Assembly (NCBI GenBank): GCA_963674695.2
Contig: CAXXGI010000003.1
Coordinates: 1,027,658 to 1,091,657, forward strand
Source of the DNA: a bacterium
GTDB taxonomy: Bacteria > UBA10199 > 2-02-FULL-44-16 > JAAZCA01
Direction: 5' to 3'
DNA: 64,000 nucleotides
Shown: positions 28,021 through 38,062 of the stretch, piece after piece
Layout of the letters: every line of letters begins with the position of its first letter
Numbering within the stretch: position 1 is the stretch's first letter
The notes under the pieces: model-generated
Told to the model about the DNA's origin: nothing
Database searches by the model: none
Seen by the model: only the letters and a program-made list of their open reading frames with translations
Program-made: the position numbers and the translations under genes

Positions 28021-28329
28021 ATGAAAAAGGCTGCCATTTTCTTTCAGGCAATCAGAGCGGGGACGTTGGAGCAACGCGACGACGGTTCATGTCGCTTCTC
28101 CTACGAACCGTCGTATGAAGGCCAACCGATCTCACTGACGATGCCAACAGCACAGGCCCACTACGACTTCGACGCCTTCCCCCCCTTCTTCGAAGGCCTC
28201 CTCCCCGAGGGAATACAACTCGAGGCCCTGCTCAAACAACGGAAGATCGATCGCAACGACCCCTTCTCCCAGCTCGTCGCGGTAGGCGCAGATCTCGTGG
28301 GAGCTGTCACGGTCGAGGAGATCGCATGA
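28021..28329 (+). CDS. HipA N-terminal domain (couple) protein
   Basis: FSY...ISLTMP...FPPFFEGLLPEG, DLVGAV. Confidence 0.85.
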   Translation: MKKAAIFFQAIRAGTLEQRDDGSCRFSYEPSYEGQPISLTMPTAQAHYDFDAFPPFFEGLLPEGIQLEALLKQRKIDRNDPFSQLVAVGADLVGAVTVEEIA

Positions 28330-29255
28330 GACGCTGTCCGATCACCTATGAACAGATTGCGGAAGACGAGCGCTACTCGAGCGCAGGGCTGAAGCAGCTC
28401 TCGCGCACCCTCACCGACATCGCCCCCCTCCCCTTTACCGAAGCGGAACAGATTCACGAAGCGATGGCGCGCGCCGACAAGATGTCGATCCAGGGCGTGC
28501 AGCCGAAGCTCAGCGCCGTCCTTCGCGTCAAGGAGGGTCGTTTCGACATCGTCGACCGTGGCGGAACCTACATCCTCAAGCCACAGATTCGATATCCCGA
28601 AGTTCCGGAGAACGAAGCGATAACGATGACGCTCGCGGCATCGCTCGGCATTGACGTCCCTGTGCACGGCCTCGTCGAAGGTCGTGACAAGCATTGGACC
28701 TACTTCATCAAACGCTTCGATCGTCTGGGGAAGGGACGCAAGCTCCCCGTCGAAGATTTCGCACAGCTGGCCGGAGCGACGCGCGAAACGAAATATCGCA
28801 GCTCGATGGAACAGGTCGCCAGGATCGTCGAAACCCATTGCACCTTCCCCATGATCGAGCTCCGCAAGCTCTTTGTACGCACGCTCTTCAATTTCCTCAC
28901 CGGCAACGAGGATATGCACCTCAAGAACTTCTCCCTCATCACGCGCGATGGAAAGGTGGAACTCACCCCCGCCTACGACTTCCTCAATTCGACAATCGCG
29001 CTTCCGAATCCGATGGAAGAGCTCGCACTTCCCCTCAAAGGAAAAAAGGCGAGGCTCACGCGTAAGTACCTCATCGCATACTACGGTGAAGAACGACTGG
29101 AGTTGAACAAGAAGGTCATCGGTGATGTCCTGGGGAACATACAGCGAGTCATTCCATTCTGGAGAGAACTCATCGACAGGAGCTTTCTCTCGGCGAAAAT
29201 GAAGGAGCGGTATACGATGGTATTGGACAGGCGTCTCAAAACACTTGGGCTGTGA
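28326..29255 (+). CDS. HipA-family Ser/Thr kinase toxin
   Basis: SIQGVQPK P-loop, YILKP, ENE, KRFDR, GNEDMHLKNFS, LTPAYD. Confidence 0.9.
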   Translation: MRRCPITYEQIAEDERYSSAGLKQLSRTLTDIAPLPFTEAEQIHEAMARADKMSIQGVQPKLSAVLRVKEGRFDIVDRGGTYILKPQIRYPEVPENEAITMTLAASLGIDVPVHGLVEGRDKHWTYFIKRFDRLGKGRKLPVEDFAQLAGATRETKYRSSMEQVARIVETHCTFPMIELRKLFVRTLFNFLTGNEDMHLKNFSLITRDGKVELTPAYDFLNSTIALPNPMEELALPLKGKKARLTRKYLIAYYGEERLELNKKVIGDVLGNIQRVIPFWRELIDRSFLSAKMKERYTMVLDRRLKTLGL

Positions 29256-29258
29256 TTA

Positions 29259-30929
29259 TCACTCGATATCCGACGGCGGTTTCACGCCGGTGCAGGCCTC
29301 GGCGCTCCCCCCCTCCAGGAAGCACTTCACGACACCTCTCAACTCAGGTCCGGCGTAGCTCCACAAACCCGGCTTCTCGAAAAGCTGCGCAAACCACTCG
29401 ATGGGAGTTTCTCCGACATCCGAAAAATCGGTCCAGAGAGGATATCTGACCCATTGCAGGGAACCTTCGACACAAGCATTCATTCGATGCGCGCGCTCAC
29501 CATTCAAGGTAAATCTCCAAAAAGCTCCCTTGATCGGGTTTTGACACATCTCTGACAGCAATCCAATTCTGAAAGACGTCAGGCTATTTCGATCCCCATG
29601 GACAAGGAAGTCGTCGATGCTATGGCCGAGTTCATGCCGCGCAACCTTATACTGAAGCTCCAGCGTAGGAAGCACTCCTGTGCCAAAGCGATTCGCAAAG
29701 GGATTATAGACCGCCGCTGCCTTGCACGGATAGCCAAAAAGGGATTCCATAAGAGAGGCGATATCATCCGAAGCAAGCGTCGGAGGACGCTCGGTTTCTG
29801 GATCGATGCCGATAAATGTAAGTCCTCGTTCATCACCCTCGCCCTGGGCCCAGCGACGGACCATATGCGGCCCGAACGAGCGCATCGCCTCGCCGATCGC
29901 GAAGAGGCGTTTGGCGAAAGCATTCGGACCACCCTGGAGAATCACCGCTTCTTCGCCGAGCTCCGCCGGGAGCGCAATCTCGAAGAGATGTCCGTTCACC
30001 GAGATACGTCCGTTTTTCGGATCAACTTTCGTCAATTGATCGATCACCGGCTTCAGCTGACGCCGTTCATCCTCCGTCAGCGCACCGGAGCGGTGAAAGA
30101 GCGCAAAGGCATGCCATGCCTCTTCGACCGAGGAGAGACGATCATCGTCCTCAACATCGAGACGCGCTCGCAAATCGGGCGACATCGGCTGCGGAAACGC
30201 GACACTCCGATAAAAGGGAAGAGGTGCCTCCGGATACTCGGAGATGGGATCGAATTCGACCCGAACCAACGCGTTTCGAGTAGAGTCAATAACGTTCTCG
30301 GCATTGATTTTCAGCAACGTCGAGAACCTTTCCGGCGATTGACGAAAGAGTTCAATCGCACTTGTTTCTATGATAAACTCTCGTTGGTCGAAGTTGATCT
30401 CCACAGTACTCGTCGACCAAAGCAGCTGCAAGCCGTACCGGCGAATAAGATCCTCCATCATCCACCGCACCTCCGGCGTCTCGAACGTCAGATGGTCGGC
30501 CATGTCTGATTGCACCTTCATTCGCTCGCAGACATCGAGACTCGAACACTCCATCTCCAGATGTGCAATGTCACCTTCCATTTCGCGAATATCGAAATCG
30601 ACATTCCACTTTCCATTCCGTGCCCAACGAATAACATGAATGGACTCCACCGGTTGATGCAAGAGCAACTCAAGGCGTTCCTCTATCGATGCGCGATAGG
30701 TGTCGACGAGCTCTTCATCGTTGCCACAGGCGCGCCGTTCAAGCTTCGCGCCCGCCTCGGTGACCACCCCTGAACAATGCGCGGGACCGGCCTCGCCGCG
30801 ATCGAAACTCACGTCGATCTGCCGCTCACCGCTCTCGTCTTGCCGTTCGGAATAGCGATAGATATCCTCACAGACGAGATTCTCCGGAGGCGAAGCACTG
30901 CCCTTCTGTTTTTCCAGAACGGTCCCCAT
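29259..30929 (-). CDS. Hypothetical protein with C-terminal HExxH zincin-like domain
   Basis: RHELGHSID plus downstream EWFAQ; RBS AAGGAG before MGTVLE (start revised). Confidence 0.6.
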   Translation of the reverse strand: MGTVLEKQKGSASPPENLVCEDIYRYSERQDESGERQIDVSFDRGEAGPAHCSGVVTEAGAKLERRACGNDEELVDTYRASIEERLELLLHQPVESIHVIRWARNGKWNVDFDIREMEGDIAHLEMECSSLDVCERMKVQSDMADHLTFETPEVRWMMEDLIRRYGLQLLWSTSTVEINFDQREFIIETSAIELFRQSPERFSTLLKINAENVIDSTRNALVRVEFDPISEYPEAPLPFYRSVAFPQPMSPDLRARLDVEDDDRLSSVEEAWHAFALFHRSGALTEDERRQLKPVIDQLTKVDPKNGRISVNGHLFEIALPAELGEEAVILQGGPNAFAKRLFAIGEAMRSFGPHMVRRWAQGEGDERGLTFIGIDPETERPPTLASDDIASLMESLFGYPCKAAAVYNPFANRFGTGVLPTLELQYKVARHELGHSIDDFLVHGDRNSLTSFRIGLLSEMCQNPIKGAFWRFTLNGERAHRMNACVEGSLQWVRYPLWTDFSDVGETPIEWFAQLFEKPGLWSYAGPELRGVVKCFLEGGSAEACTGVKPPSDIE

Positions 30930-31053
30930 CGCACACTCCTTCTCCTTCATTATCGTCTCCACGATGGGGAGAAGTTGCCGACATATGTAGATTGTCGCTG
31001 CCAAGGGCAATTTTTCAGTGCGAACAGGGCGTCATTCTGATAGGGCAACCGCC

Positions 31054-32070
31054 ATGTCTCCTCCATCCGAACACATCCTGATGGCCCACGGCGCTGGCGG
31101 CACGCAGAGTCGTGAGCTGGTCGCTGAGCTCTTCGCCCGACATTTTTCCAACCCCACATTGGAGGCGATGAACGATGCCGCCATTATCGACGCGCCAACG
31201 GGAAAGATCGCGCTGACCACCGACGCCTATGTCGTCCGTCCGCTCTTCTTTCCGGGGGGCAACATCGGAAAACTCTCGATCTGCGGAACGGTGAACGACC
31301 TGGCCGTATCGGGCGCAGCCCCCGTGGCGCTGACCGCCTCGTTTGTCATTCAGGAGGGTTTTTCGATCGAAGAACTCGAACGGATTGTCATCTCGATGGC
31401 CCAAACCGCACGCGATGCGGGCGTCGCTATCGTCGCGGGTGATACGAAGGTGGTCGAACACGCCGGTATCGACGGACTCACGATCACGACCGCGGGTCTG
31501 GGACGACTGGTGACCGAAGAGCCGCTGATGAGTTCGCGCATCGAGGCAGGCGATGTCGTCCTGATCAATGGGAACATCGCCGATCACGGCATGGCCATCA
31601 TGGCGCAGCGCGAAGGGCTCTCCTTTACGACGACGATCGAGAGCGACTGCGCCTGCCTCTGGCCTCTCGTTGAATCACTCCTGACCACCGTACCGAACGT
31701 GCGCTTCATGCGCGATGCCACCCGCGGGGGCTTGGCCGCGGTCCTCAACGAATGTTGTGAACACAATCCCTTTGGCCTCGATATCGATGAAACCGCCATT
31801 CCGCTGAATGAAACGACGGCCGCCGCTTGCGAAATCGTCGGTCTCGACCCGCTGGCGGTCGCCAACGAGGGAAAGCTCATAGCGGTCGTTCCGGCATCCG
31901 ACGCCCAGCGAGCCCTCGACGTCATGCGCGGACACCCCCTCGGCACGGATGCCGCCATCATCGGGCAGGCCACCGCCGAGGATGCCGGGCGTGTTCGCCT
32001 GCGCACAGCCGTGGGAAGCACGCGCCTGGTCGCCATGCCCTCAGGCGAGCTGCTGCCGAGGATATGTTGA
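31054..32070 (+). CDS. hypE: Hydrogenase maturation protein HypE
   Basis: HGAGG, GTVNDLA, GDTKVV, RDATRGG, ANEG, C-terminal LPRIC. Confidence 0.96.
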   Translation: MSPPSEHILMAHGAGGTQSRELVAELFARHFSNPTLEAMNDAAIIDAPTGKIALTTDAYVVRPLFFPGGNIGKLSICGTVNDLAVSGAAPVALTASFVIQEGFSIEELERIVISMAQTARDAGVAIVAGDTKVVEHAGIDGLTITTAGLGRLVTEEPLMSSRIEAGDVVLINGNIADHGMAIMAQREGLSFTTTIESDCACLWPLVESLLTTVPNVRFMRDATRGGLAAVLNECCEHNPFGLDIDETAIPLNETTAAACEIVGLDPLAVANEGKLIAVVPASDAQRALDVMRGHPLGTDAAIIGQATAEDAGRVRLRTAVGSTRLVAMPSGELLPRIC

Positions 32071-32072
32071 CT

Positions 32073-32136
32073 CGTGAGATGGTGAGATGGCTGAATGGTG
32101 AGATGGCGAAATCGGGAGATCGCGTGATCGCTCAAT
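32073..32136 (+). repeat. 8-bp array (GGTGAGAT-type) x8 after hypE stop
   Basis: CGTGAGAT GGTGAGAT GGCTGAAT GGTGAGAT GGCGAAAT CGGGAGAT CGCGTGAT CGCTCAAT. Confidence 0.8.
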
Positions 32137-32185
32137 CGAAAGAACGTATTTGTCTCGTCTGCCTCGCTCTGGTATAGGCCCCTCT

Positions 32186-32956
32186 ATGCTGAAGAGATCC
32201 CTCATTATCGTGCTTTTACTCGTCGCCGTTCCCGTTGCGGCATGGGCGGCGTTTCCGAAACCGACCGGGTTTGTGAACGATTTTGCAAAGGTCCTGCCGG
32301 TCCCGATGAAGGCAAAGCTGAATACGCTCCTGGGTAACTTCGAACGACAAACGGGCATCGAGGTGGCCGTGGCCACCCTGCCGACGCTGAATGACGAACC
32401 GATCGAGAACGTCGCGGTGACTCTCTTCGCCCAATGGGGCATCGGAAAGAAGGGGAAGGATAACGGCGTCCTCTTCCTCGTCGTGCCGAGCGAGAAACGC
32501 ATGCGCATCGAGGTGGGCTACGACCTCGAAGGGGCGATCAATGATGCCCTCGCCGGCCGCATCCTCGACGAGGTCGTCATCCCGCGTTTTCGCGCCGGCA
32601 ACATCCCGAACGGCATCGCTGCAGGGACACTGGCCATCGTCGACACGATCAATCGCAAAGAGAATCTGGGCTTCGATGTAAAGGCAGCGGCCAGCGCCCT
32701 TCCGATCTCACGTGCGCCCGTGCGCAAAAAGAGCGGGCCGTTGCAAACGGCCGGAAAAGTCCTGGTACTGTTGGTCCTAGCCTTTCTCTTCATCCGACAT
32801 CCTCGGCTCCTGCTCCTGTTGATGCTCTTCGGCGGCGGCAGAGGTTCAGGACGCGGTTTTGGTGGCGGGGGATCCGGCGGCTTCGGCGGTGGTGGTGGTT
32901 TCGGCGGCTTTGGCGGCGGGCTCTCCGGCGGCGGCGGCGCGTCGAGGGGATGGTAG
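32186..32956 (+). CDS. TPM-domain (YgcG-like) membrane protein
   Basis: FVNDFA, WGIGKKGKDNGVL, RIEVGY, Gly-rich tail ending GGGASRGW. Confidence 0.9.
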   Translation: MLKRSLIIVLLLVAVPVAAWAAFPKPTGFVNDFAKVLPVPMKAKLNTLLGNFERQTGIEVAVATLPTLNDEPIENVAVTLFAQWGIGKKGKDNGVLFLVVPSEKRMRIEVGYDLEGAINDALAGRILDEVVIPRFRAGNIPNGIAAGTLAIVDTINRKENLGFDVKAAASALPISRAPVRKKSGPLQTAGKVLVLLVLAFLFIRHPRLLLLLMLFGGGRGSGRGFGGGGSGGFGGGGGFGGFGGGLSGGGGASRGW

Positions 32957-32964
32957 AAAGGGGA

Positions 32965-33687
32965 ATGACGATGACTCCGTATGATCTTACACATGAACTC
33001 GAACGCCTCTACGGCGATGACCTCCGGGCGGTGGTCCTCTATGGCGCCGATACCGGCAGCACCGCCAAGAAGAAAACCCGTTTTTCCGACAGCAATATCT
33101 TCTGCGTGCTCTCCGACCCCTCCCCCGCCATGCTCGCGCGCGCGAATCCGGTGCTCAAAAAATGGGCCCGCAAGGGCAACCGCCTGCCGCACTTCTTCGG
33201 GCCTACGCACATCGAGACCTCGCTCGATATCTTCCCGCTCGACTTCCTCGAGATCCAGGATCGGCACGAGGTCCTGCTGGGGCAGGATCCGTTGGCAGCG
33301 ATCGAAGTCGACGCCCAGAACCTGCGGCATCAGTGCGAGAGCGAGCTGAAGGGAAAGCTCATCCATCTGCGCGCCTTCTATGCCGGCAACTACCATAAAC
33401 CAAAGCGCGTTGCCGAGCTGATGGCCCAATCCTTCTCCGACTTCATCGCCGCCTTTCGGGGCATACTGCGCCTGCTGCAGGAGACGCCGCCGAAGGACGA
33501 CCGCGCCGTCATCGACCGTCTCTCCCAGCAACTTGACTTCAACCCCGAGATCTTTTTTGATGTCCTGGCCCTGCGTGACGGCGAAACGCCGCTGCCACGC
33601 GGAGATGATGCCCTCTCAGCATTTGAACGCTACATCACCGAAATCGAAGCGATCACGACGTATGTGGATCAATTGACCGTTCGATAG
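32965..33687 (+). CDS. Nucleotidyltransferase-like protein of the LemA/TPM locus
   Basis: VVLYGA...SDSN, DIFPLDF motif; context. Confidence 0.65.
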   Translation: MTMTPYDLTHELERLYGDDLRAVVLYGADTGSTAKKKTRFSDSNIFCVLSDPSPAMLARANPVLKKWARKGNRLPHFFGPTHIETSLDIFPLDFLEIQDRHEVLLGQDPLAAIEVDAQNLRHQCESELKGKLIHLRAFYAGNYHKPKRVAELMAQSFSDFIAAFRGILRLLQETPPKDDRAVIDRLSQQLDFNPEIFFDVLALRDGETPLPRGDDALSAFERYITEIEAITTYVDQLTVR

Positions 33688-33878
33688 TTCGATGGTTCGT
33701 CAGTTCGATGGTTTTATGGAACTTGACTTTTGTCGTGCAGAGTTGATCCTTCGTAACCATCGAACCATCGAACCATCGAACCATCGAACCATCGAACCAT
33801 CGAACCATCGAACCATCGAACCATCGAACCATCGAACCATCGAACCATCGAACCATCGAACCATCGAACCATCGAACC
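33679..33878 (+). repeat. Inverted 8-bp junction array before lemA (GTTCGATG-type x4 ... AACCATCG x15)
   Basis: First unit contains the upstream stop; 15 perfect reverse-complement units at 33755-33874. Confidence 0.95.
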
Positions 33879-33888
33879 GGAGGAACAC

Positions 33889-34527
33889 ATGAAAAAAACA
33901 CTCATCGTCATCGGTATCATCGTCTTTATCATCCTGGCCATCGGCTCGAGCTTCGCGGGCAAATACAACGGGCTCGTCTCGCTGCGCGAAAACGTCACCA
34001 CCTCCTGGGCACAGGTCGAGAACGTCCTGCAGCGGCGTAACGACCTGATCCCGAACCTCGTGAACACCGTCAAGGGGTATGCGGCGCACGAGCAGAAGGT
34101 CTTCATCGACGTCACCAAGGCGCGTGCGCGCGTTGGCGGAGCCACCACGATCCCGGAGAAGGTCGCGGCGAACAACCAGCTCACCGCTGCCCTGGGGCGA
34201 CTGCTCGTCGTCTCGGAGCGCTATCCGGAGCTCAAGGCCAATCAGAACTTCCTGGCCCTGCAGGACGAACTGGCCGGGACGGAGAACCGCATCGCGGTGG
34301 AGCGCCGCCGCTATAACGAAGCGGTGCGCGCCTACAACACCTCGGTGCAGGTCTTCCCCACCAACGTCATCGCCGGCATCTTTGGGTTTGAGCGCCAGAG
34401 CGTCTACTTCAAGGCGGATGAAGCGGCAAAGACCGCACCCAAGGTCGATTTCAACACGGCACCGCCTCCGACCCAGCCCGCCCCCGAACAGCCGGCCGCG
34501 GCACCGGCCGCACCACCTGCGGAATAA
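33889..34527 (+). CDS. lemA: LemA family protein
   Basis: QRRNDLIPNLV, YPELKAN, ENRIAVERRRYN, FP. Confidence 0.95.
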   Translation: MKKTLIVIGIIVFIILAIGSSFAGKYNGLVSLRENVTTSWAQVENVLQRRNDLIPNLVNTVKGYAAHEQKVFIDVTKARARVGGATTIPEKVAANNQLTAALGRLLVVSERYPELKANQNFLALQDELAGTENRIAVERRRYNEAVRAYNTSVQVFPTNVIAGIFGFERQSVYFKADEAAKTAPKVDFNTAPPPTQPAPEQPAAAPAAPPAE

Positions 34528-34531
34528 ATAC

Positions 34532-34561
34532 AAAAGCCGGGGCGCATCGCCCCGGCTTTTT
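34532..34561. terminator. Bidirectional terminator
   Basis: AAAAGCCGGGGCG-cat-CGCCCCGGCTTTTT. Confidence 0.85.
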
Positions 34562-34581
34562 CGCATTCATCTCTTCATCCC

Positions 34582-36153
34582 CTACAGATCATCGCGCTCA
34601 TATCCGCGTTTGAAGAACAACTGACAGTTATCGGCCGCCGTATAATCCAGCGGATCTTCAACTTCCGCCGTATTATCACAGCGAATGGTCAGCAGCGTAC
34701 TCTTCCCGCCATTGATGGTCGCGATGCAGGTGTTCTGGCCCGAAACACCGTTAAATGATCCCGAGAGCGTCGAGGTCAAATTGTACATCGGAACGATCCC
34801 CGGTTCCGCCATGTAAGGGAGGCAGGGGTCCTCGAAGACCTTCTCCCCGTCTTCATCATAGAAACAGACATCGTTCTCGCGCACGACCAACGAGATATAC
34901 TCCGGAATCGTATCGTAGGTCATGCCGTTGATCGAAACACCCCTCAAGGCCTCCGGCTGATCCAATGCAATGCAGAACGGCGGCCCATTCTCGAATTCCT
35001 CGTCGCCCCACTCCTCATAGTACATGTTGTCCTCATCATAGACGCCGTAGTCGCTGAAGTAGTGAAGCTTTTCCGTATCTCCCCACTCCGCCGGGAACGG
35101 CCCGCTGAGACGGCCGTACTGTTCCTCTTCAAAGTATTCCTCGGGCGTCGGATAGGCCTCGTCACAGCCATAGGCCTCCTGCTTCCAGACCAGATTTCCG
35201 CTCACCTCGACATCCCCTTCACCCATATTGATCGTTCCGCTGCAGGCAACCGTGATCGTCTCGTCGGCAAGTCCTGTAAGCGCCCCTTCCTGCGGCGTGC
35301 ACGAGAGTTCAAAGGACTCGTCATCGACATAGACGTTCAGATCATCCATCCGCGAGAGCTCATGATTGCGCGCATCGAAGTAGAGGACCGTCGTCAGCGT
35401 CAACGTGGATGTATAGCTGAGCGGCTGGGACATCTCATAGACCACGCGCAGCTCAAGCGAACCATCATCCCCCTCGACCCAGGTCATGTCGTCCTCAATA
35501 TCGAGACAGATATCATGCGTATCGTCGATATCCGAATCGGAGACCGACGGCATCACCGCCGTCGAACCCAGAAGACCGGAAAACACGCTCGAAAGATTCG
35601 CGCGCATGGTGATAGCCGGGCGAATGGAAAGCACATCGCTGCAATCGGAGTCGACCTCCATGACGAGCGAGCAGCTCGCATCCCCCTCGGCGAGTGCAAA
35701 GGTCACCTGATCCCCATCCTCGACCGCCTCCTTCGCCAGCAGCTCGTCGGTCCAGCTCAGCACCGCGCTCTCGAACGAGGCCGTATCCGACGGCCCCAGC
35801 GTGAACGTCGGCGAATCCATGGAGACCGTCTGACCGCTCACGTTGAGCAGACCCGAATGCACATTGCCCCAGGTGATGGAGTAGCTCGCATCATCGACGG
35901 CCGCAACGGTGGCACACTGCTGCGCGGGTGCCACGGTGAGCCCCGAACAGGTGCTGCTCACATAGCGCACCACGCCGCTGATGCTCGGGATGGAGCTGGG
36001 ATCGGTCGTCCCGCCGGTCGTTCCCCCCGAGGTGGTCGTTCCGGCTCCAACGATTCCCGCACTACAGCCGGAGAAGAGAAATCCCACCAACAGCATCAGC
36101 ACCCATGCCGATTTCATCCATCGCTGTCTCATAGACATCCTCCTCTTTTTCAT
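34582..36153 (-). CDS. Acidic Cys-containing lipoprotein, paralog 2
   Basis: Lipobox FSGC; paralog of 36168-37769. Confidence 0.75.
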   Translation of the reverse strand: MKKRRMSMRQRWMKSAWVLMLLVGFLFSGCSAGIVGAGTTTSGGTTGGTTDPSSIPSISGVVRYVSSTCSGLTVAPAQQCATVAAVDDASYSITWGNVHSGLLNVSGQTVSMDSPTFTLGPSDTASFESAVLSWTDELLAKEAVEDGDQVTFALAEGDASCSLVMEVDSDCSDVLSIRPAITMRANLSSVFSGLLGSTAVMPSVSDSDIDDTHDICLDIEDDMTWVEGDDGSLELRVVYEMSQPLSYTSTLTLTTVLYFDARNHELSRMDDLNVYVDDESFELSCTPQEGALTGLADETITVACSGTINMGEGDVEVSGNLVWKQEAYGCDEAYPTPEEYFEEEQYGRLSGPFPAEWGDTEKLHYFSDYGVYDEDNMYYEEWGDEEFENGPPFCIALDQPEALRGVSINGMTYDTIPEYISLVVRENDVCFYDEDGEKVFEDPCLPYMAEPGIVPMYNLTSTLSGSFNGVSGQNTCIATINGGKSTLLTIRCDNTAEVEDPLDYTAADNCQLFFKRGYERDDL

Positions 36154-36167
36154 GCCCCACTCATCCC

Positions 36168-37769
36168 CTACAGATCGCTGCGATCGTAGCCGCGCTTGTA
36201 ATGCAGGACACAGTTGCTCGCCCGCGCCTTATCCGTTGCGTCCTCCGCATCGTCATCGTTATTGTCACAGTAGATTTTCAACAGCGTATTCGCTCCCCCA
36301 TCGATGACGAGCAGACAGGTATTCTCCCCCGTGATCCCGACCGCGGCGAACGTCCCCGCGAGTTCCGTCTGCATCGTGTACATCGGAACGACCTCGGGCA
36401 CGACGACGAAGTCGATACAGGCGTCGGTGAAGATTTTTTCGCCATTCTCATCATAGACACAGACGTCACTCTCACGGACAGTGAAGGAGATGAATTCCGG
36501 AATCGTAGCGTAGCCCATTCCCGCAACGACACTGGACCTGAGATGTTCTTCTTCTTCACCCTCGACATCGGGGGGCTGATCCTCCGGGATACAGAACGTC
36601 ATTCCACGCTCATCCGCGAAATCCTCTTCGAAGAACTCGGAATAGTACATATTATCCTGATCCGGTATGCCGTAGCTCTCGTAATACTCATATTTGGCGT
36701 CATTGTACGCGACATCATCCCATCCCTCCGGAAACGGCCCGCCGAGGCGACCATACATCTCCGCCTCGAAGTATTCCTCGGGAGATGGATAGGTTTCCGC
36801 ACAGGAATAGGCTTCCTGTTCCCAGACCATCGTCCCGCTCACCTCTATAGGGCCCTCTTCTTCGTCGAGAAGAAATTCCCCCGCGCACATGACGGTGATC
36901 TGCTCATCGGCGAGTCCGGAAAGGAGCCCCTCCTGCGGCGTGCACTGCATATCGAATGTCTGCTCCCCCGTCTCGACATGGAGATCATCCATCCGCGAGA
37001 GCTGATGATTTCGGGCATCGAAATAGAGGACGGTGGTGATGTGCAGATACTCCGTATCGTGGAGCGGTGCAGAGATTTCATACACCACACGCAGCTCAAG
37101 CGAACCATCGTCCCCCTCGACCCAGGTCATCTCGTCCTCGATATCGAGACAGACGTCATGCGTGTCATCGATGTCCGTATCGGAGATCGAAGGCATCACC
37201 GCTACCGAACTCTCGAGAAACGCCGCCATGATGGTCGAGAGATTCGCGCGCATCGTAATGGCCGGGCGAATGGAGAGCACATCGCTGCAATCGGAGTCGA
37301 CCTCCATGACGAGCGAACAGCTCTCGCCCTCTTGGCTGAGTGCGAAGGTCACCTGATCCCCATCCTCGACCGCCTCCTTGGCGAGCAGCTCGTCGGTCCA
37401 GCTCAGCACCGCGCTCTCGAACGAGGCCGTATCCGACGGCCCCAGCGTGAACGTCGGTGAATCCATGGAGACCGTCTGGCCGCTCACGTTGAGCAGACCC
37501 GAATGCACATTGCCCCAGGTGATGGAGTAGCTCGAGTCATCGACGGCCGCGACGGTGGCACACTGCTGTGCGGGCGCCACGGTGAGCCCCGAACAGGTGC
37601 TGCTCACATAGCGCACCACGCCGCTGATGCTCGGGATGGAGGTGGGATCGGTCGCGCCCCCCGAACTCGTCGTCGTCCCGGCTCCAACGATTCCCGCACT
37701 ACAGCCGGAGAAGAGAAACCCCGCCAACAGCATCAGCACCCATGCCGATTTCATCGATCTCCGTTTCAT
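36168..37769 (-). CDS. Acidic Cys-containing lipoprotein, paralog 1
   Basis: Lipobox FSGC; N-terminal third nearly identical to paralog 2; start revised. Confidence 0.75.
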   Translation of the reverse strand: MKRRSMKSAWVLMLLAGFLFSGCSAGIVGAGTTTSSGGATDPTSIPSISGVVRYVSSTCSGLTVAPAQQCATVAAVDDSSYSITWGNVHSGLLNVSGQTVSMDSPTFTLGPSDTASFESAVLSWTDELLAKEAVEDGDQVTFALSQEGESCSLVMEVDSDCSDVLSIRPAITMRANLSTIMAAFLESSVAVMPSISDTDIDDTHDVCLDIEDEMTWVEGDDGSLELRVVYEISAPLHDTEYLHITTVLYFDARNHQLSRMDDLHVETGEQTFDMQCTPQEGLLSGLADEQITVMCAGEFLLDEEEGPIEVSGTMVWEQEAYSCAETYPSPEEYFEAEMYGRLGGPFPEGWDDVAYNDAKYEYYESYGIPDQDNMYYSEFFEEDFADERGMTFCIPEDQPPDVEGEEEEHLRSSVVAGMGYATIPEFISFTVRESDVCVYDENGEKIFTDACIDFVVVPEVVPMYTMQTELAGTFAAVGITGENTCLLVIDGGANTLLKIYCDNNDDDAEDATDKARASNCVLHYKRGYDRSDL

Positions 37770-37807
37770 AGGCTCTCTCCCTTTCTGACTTCCTCTCCCG
37801 ATAGAAA

Positions 37808-37823
37808 TGCAATCCACATGCCA
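37808..37823 (-). promoter_or_regulatory. Sigma-54 promoter for the lipoprotein pair
   Basis: Minus strand TGGCATG-TGGA-TTGCA matches the -24/-12 consensus. Confidence 0.7.
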
Positions 37824-38062
37824 TCACGATGGATACATAACCCACTGTTTCCTTTAGATCTTTTTTGGAACGCCCGCAGGGGGGAGGTTCGAATTGACCC
37901 ATATCAATCCGATAGCGGAGGGGGGACGAACAACTTTTCCTTAAAATACAGGGAGTTACCGGCGCAATCCTGTTCACCCGTTCTCTACCCGGTTGAGAAA
38001 TGCGTCAATGAATTGACAAGAAAAAGACAAGGAAAGTCAATGGGATATGAAATGCGTCCCAA

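Noticed and set aside
33679-33878. CRISPR array interpretation of the tandem arrays
   Set aside because: Units are 7-9 bp with no unique spacers, and no cas genes are present in the window.
33653-34566. ORFs with SMVRWFDG / NHRTIEPS repeats
   Set aside because: By-products of the stop-free octamer array; they overlap lemA and lack independent support.
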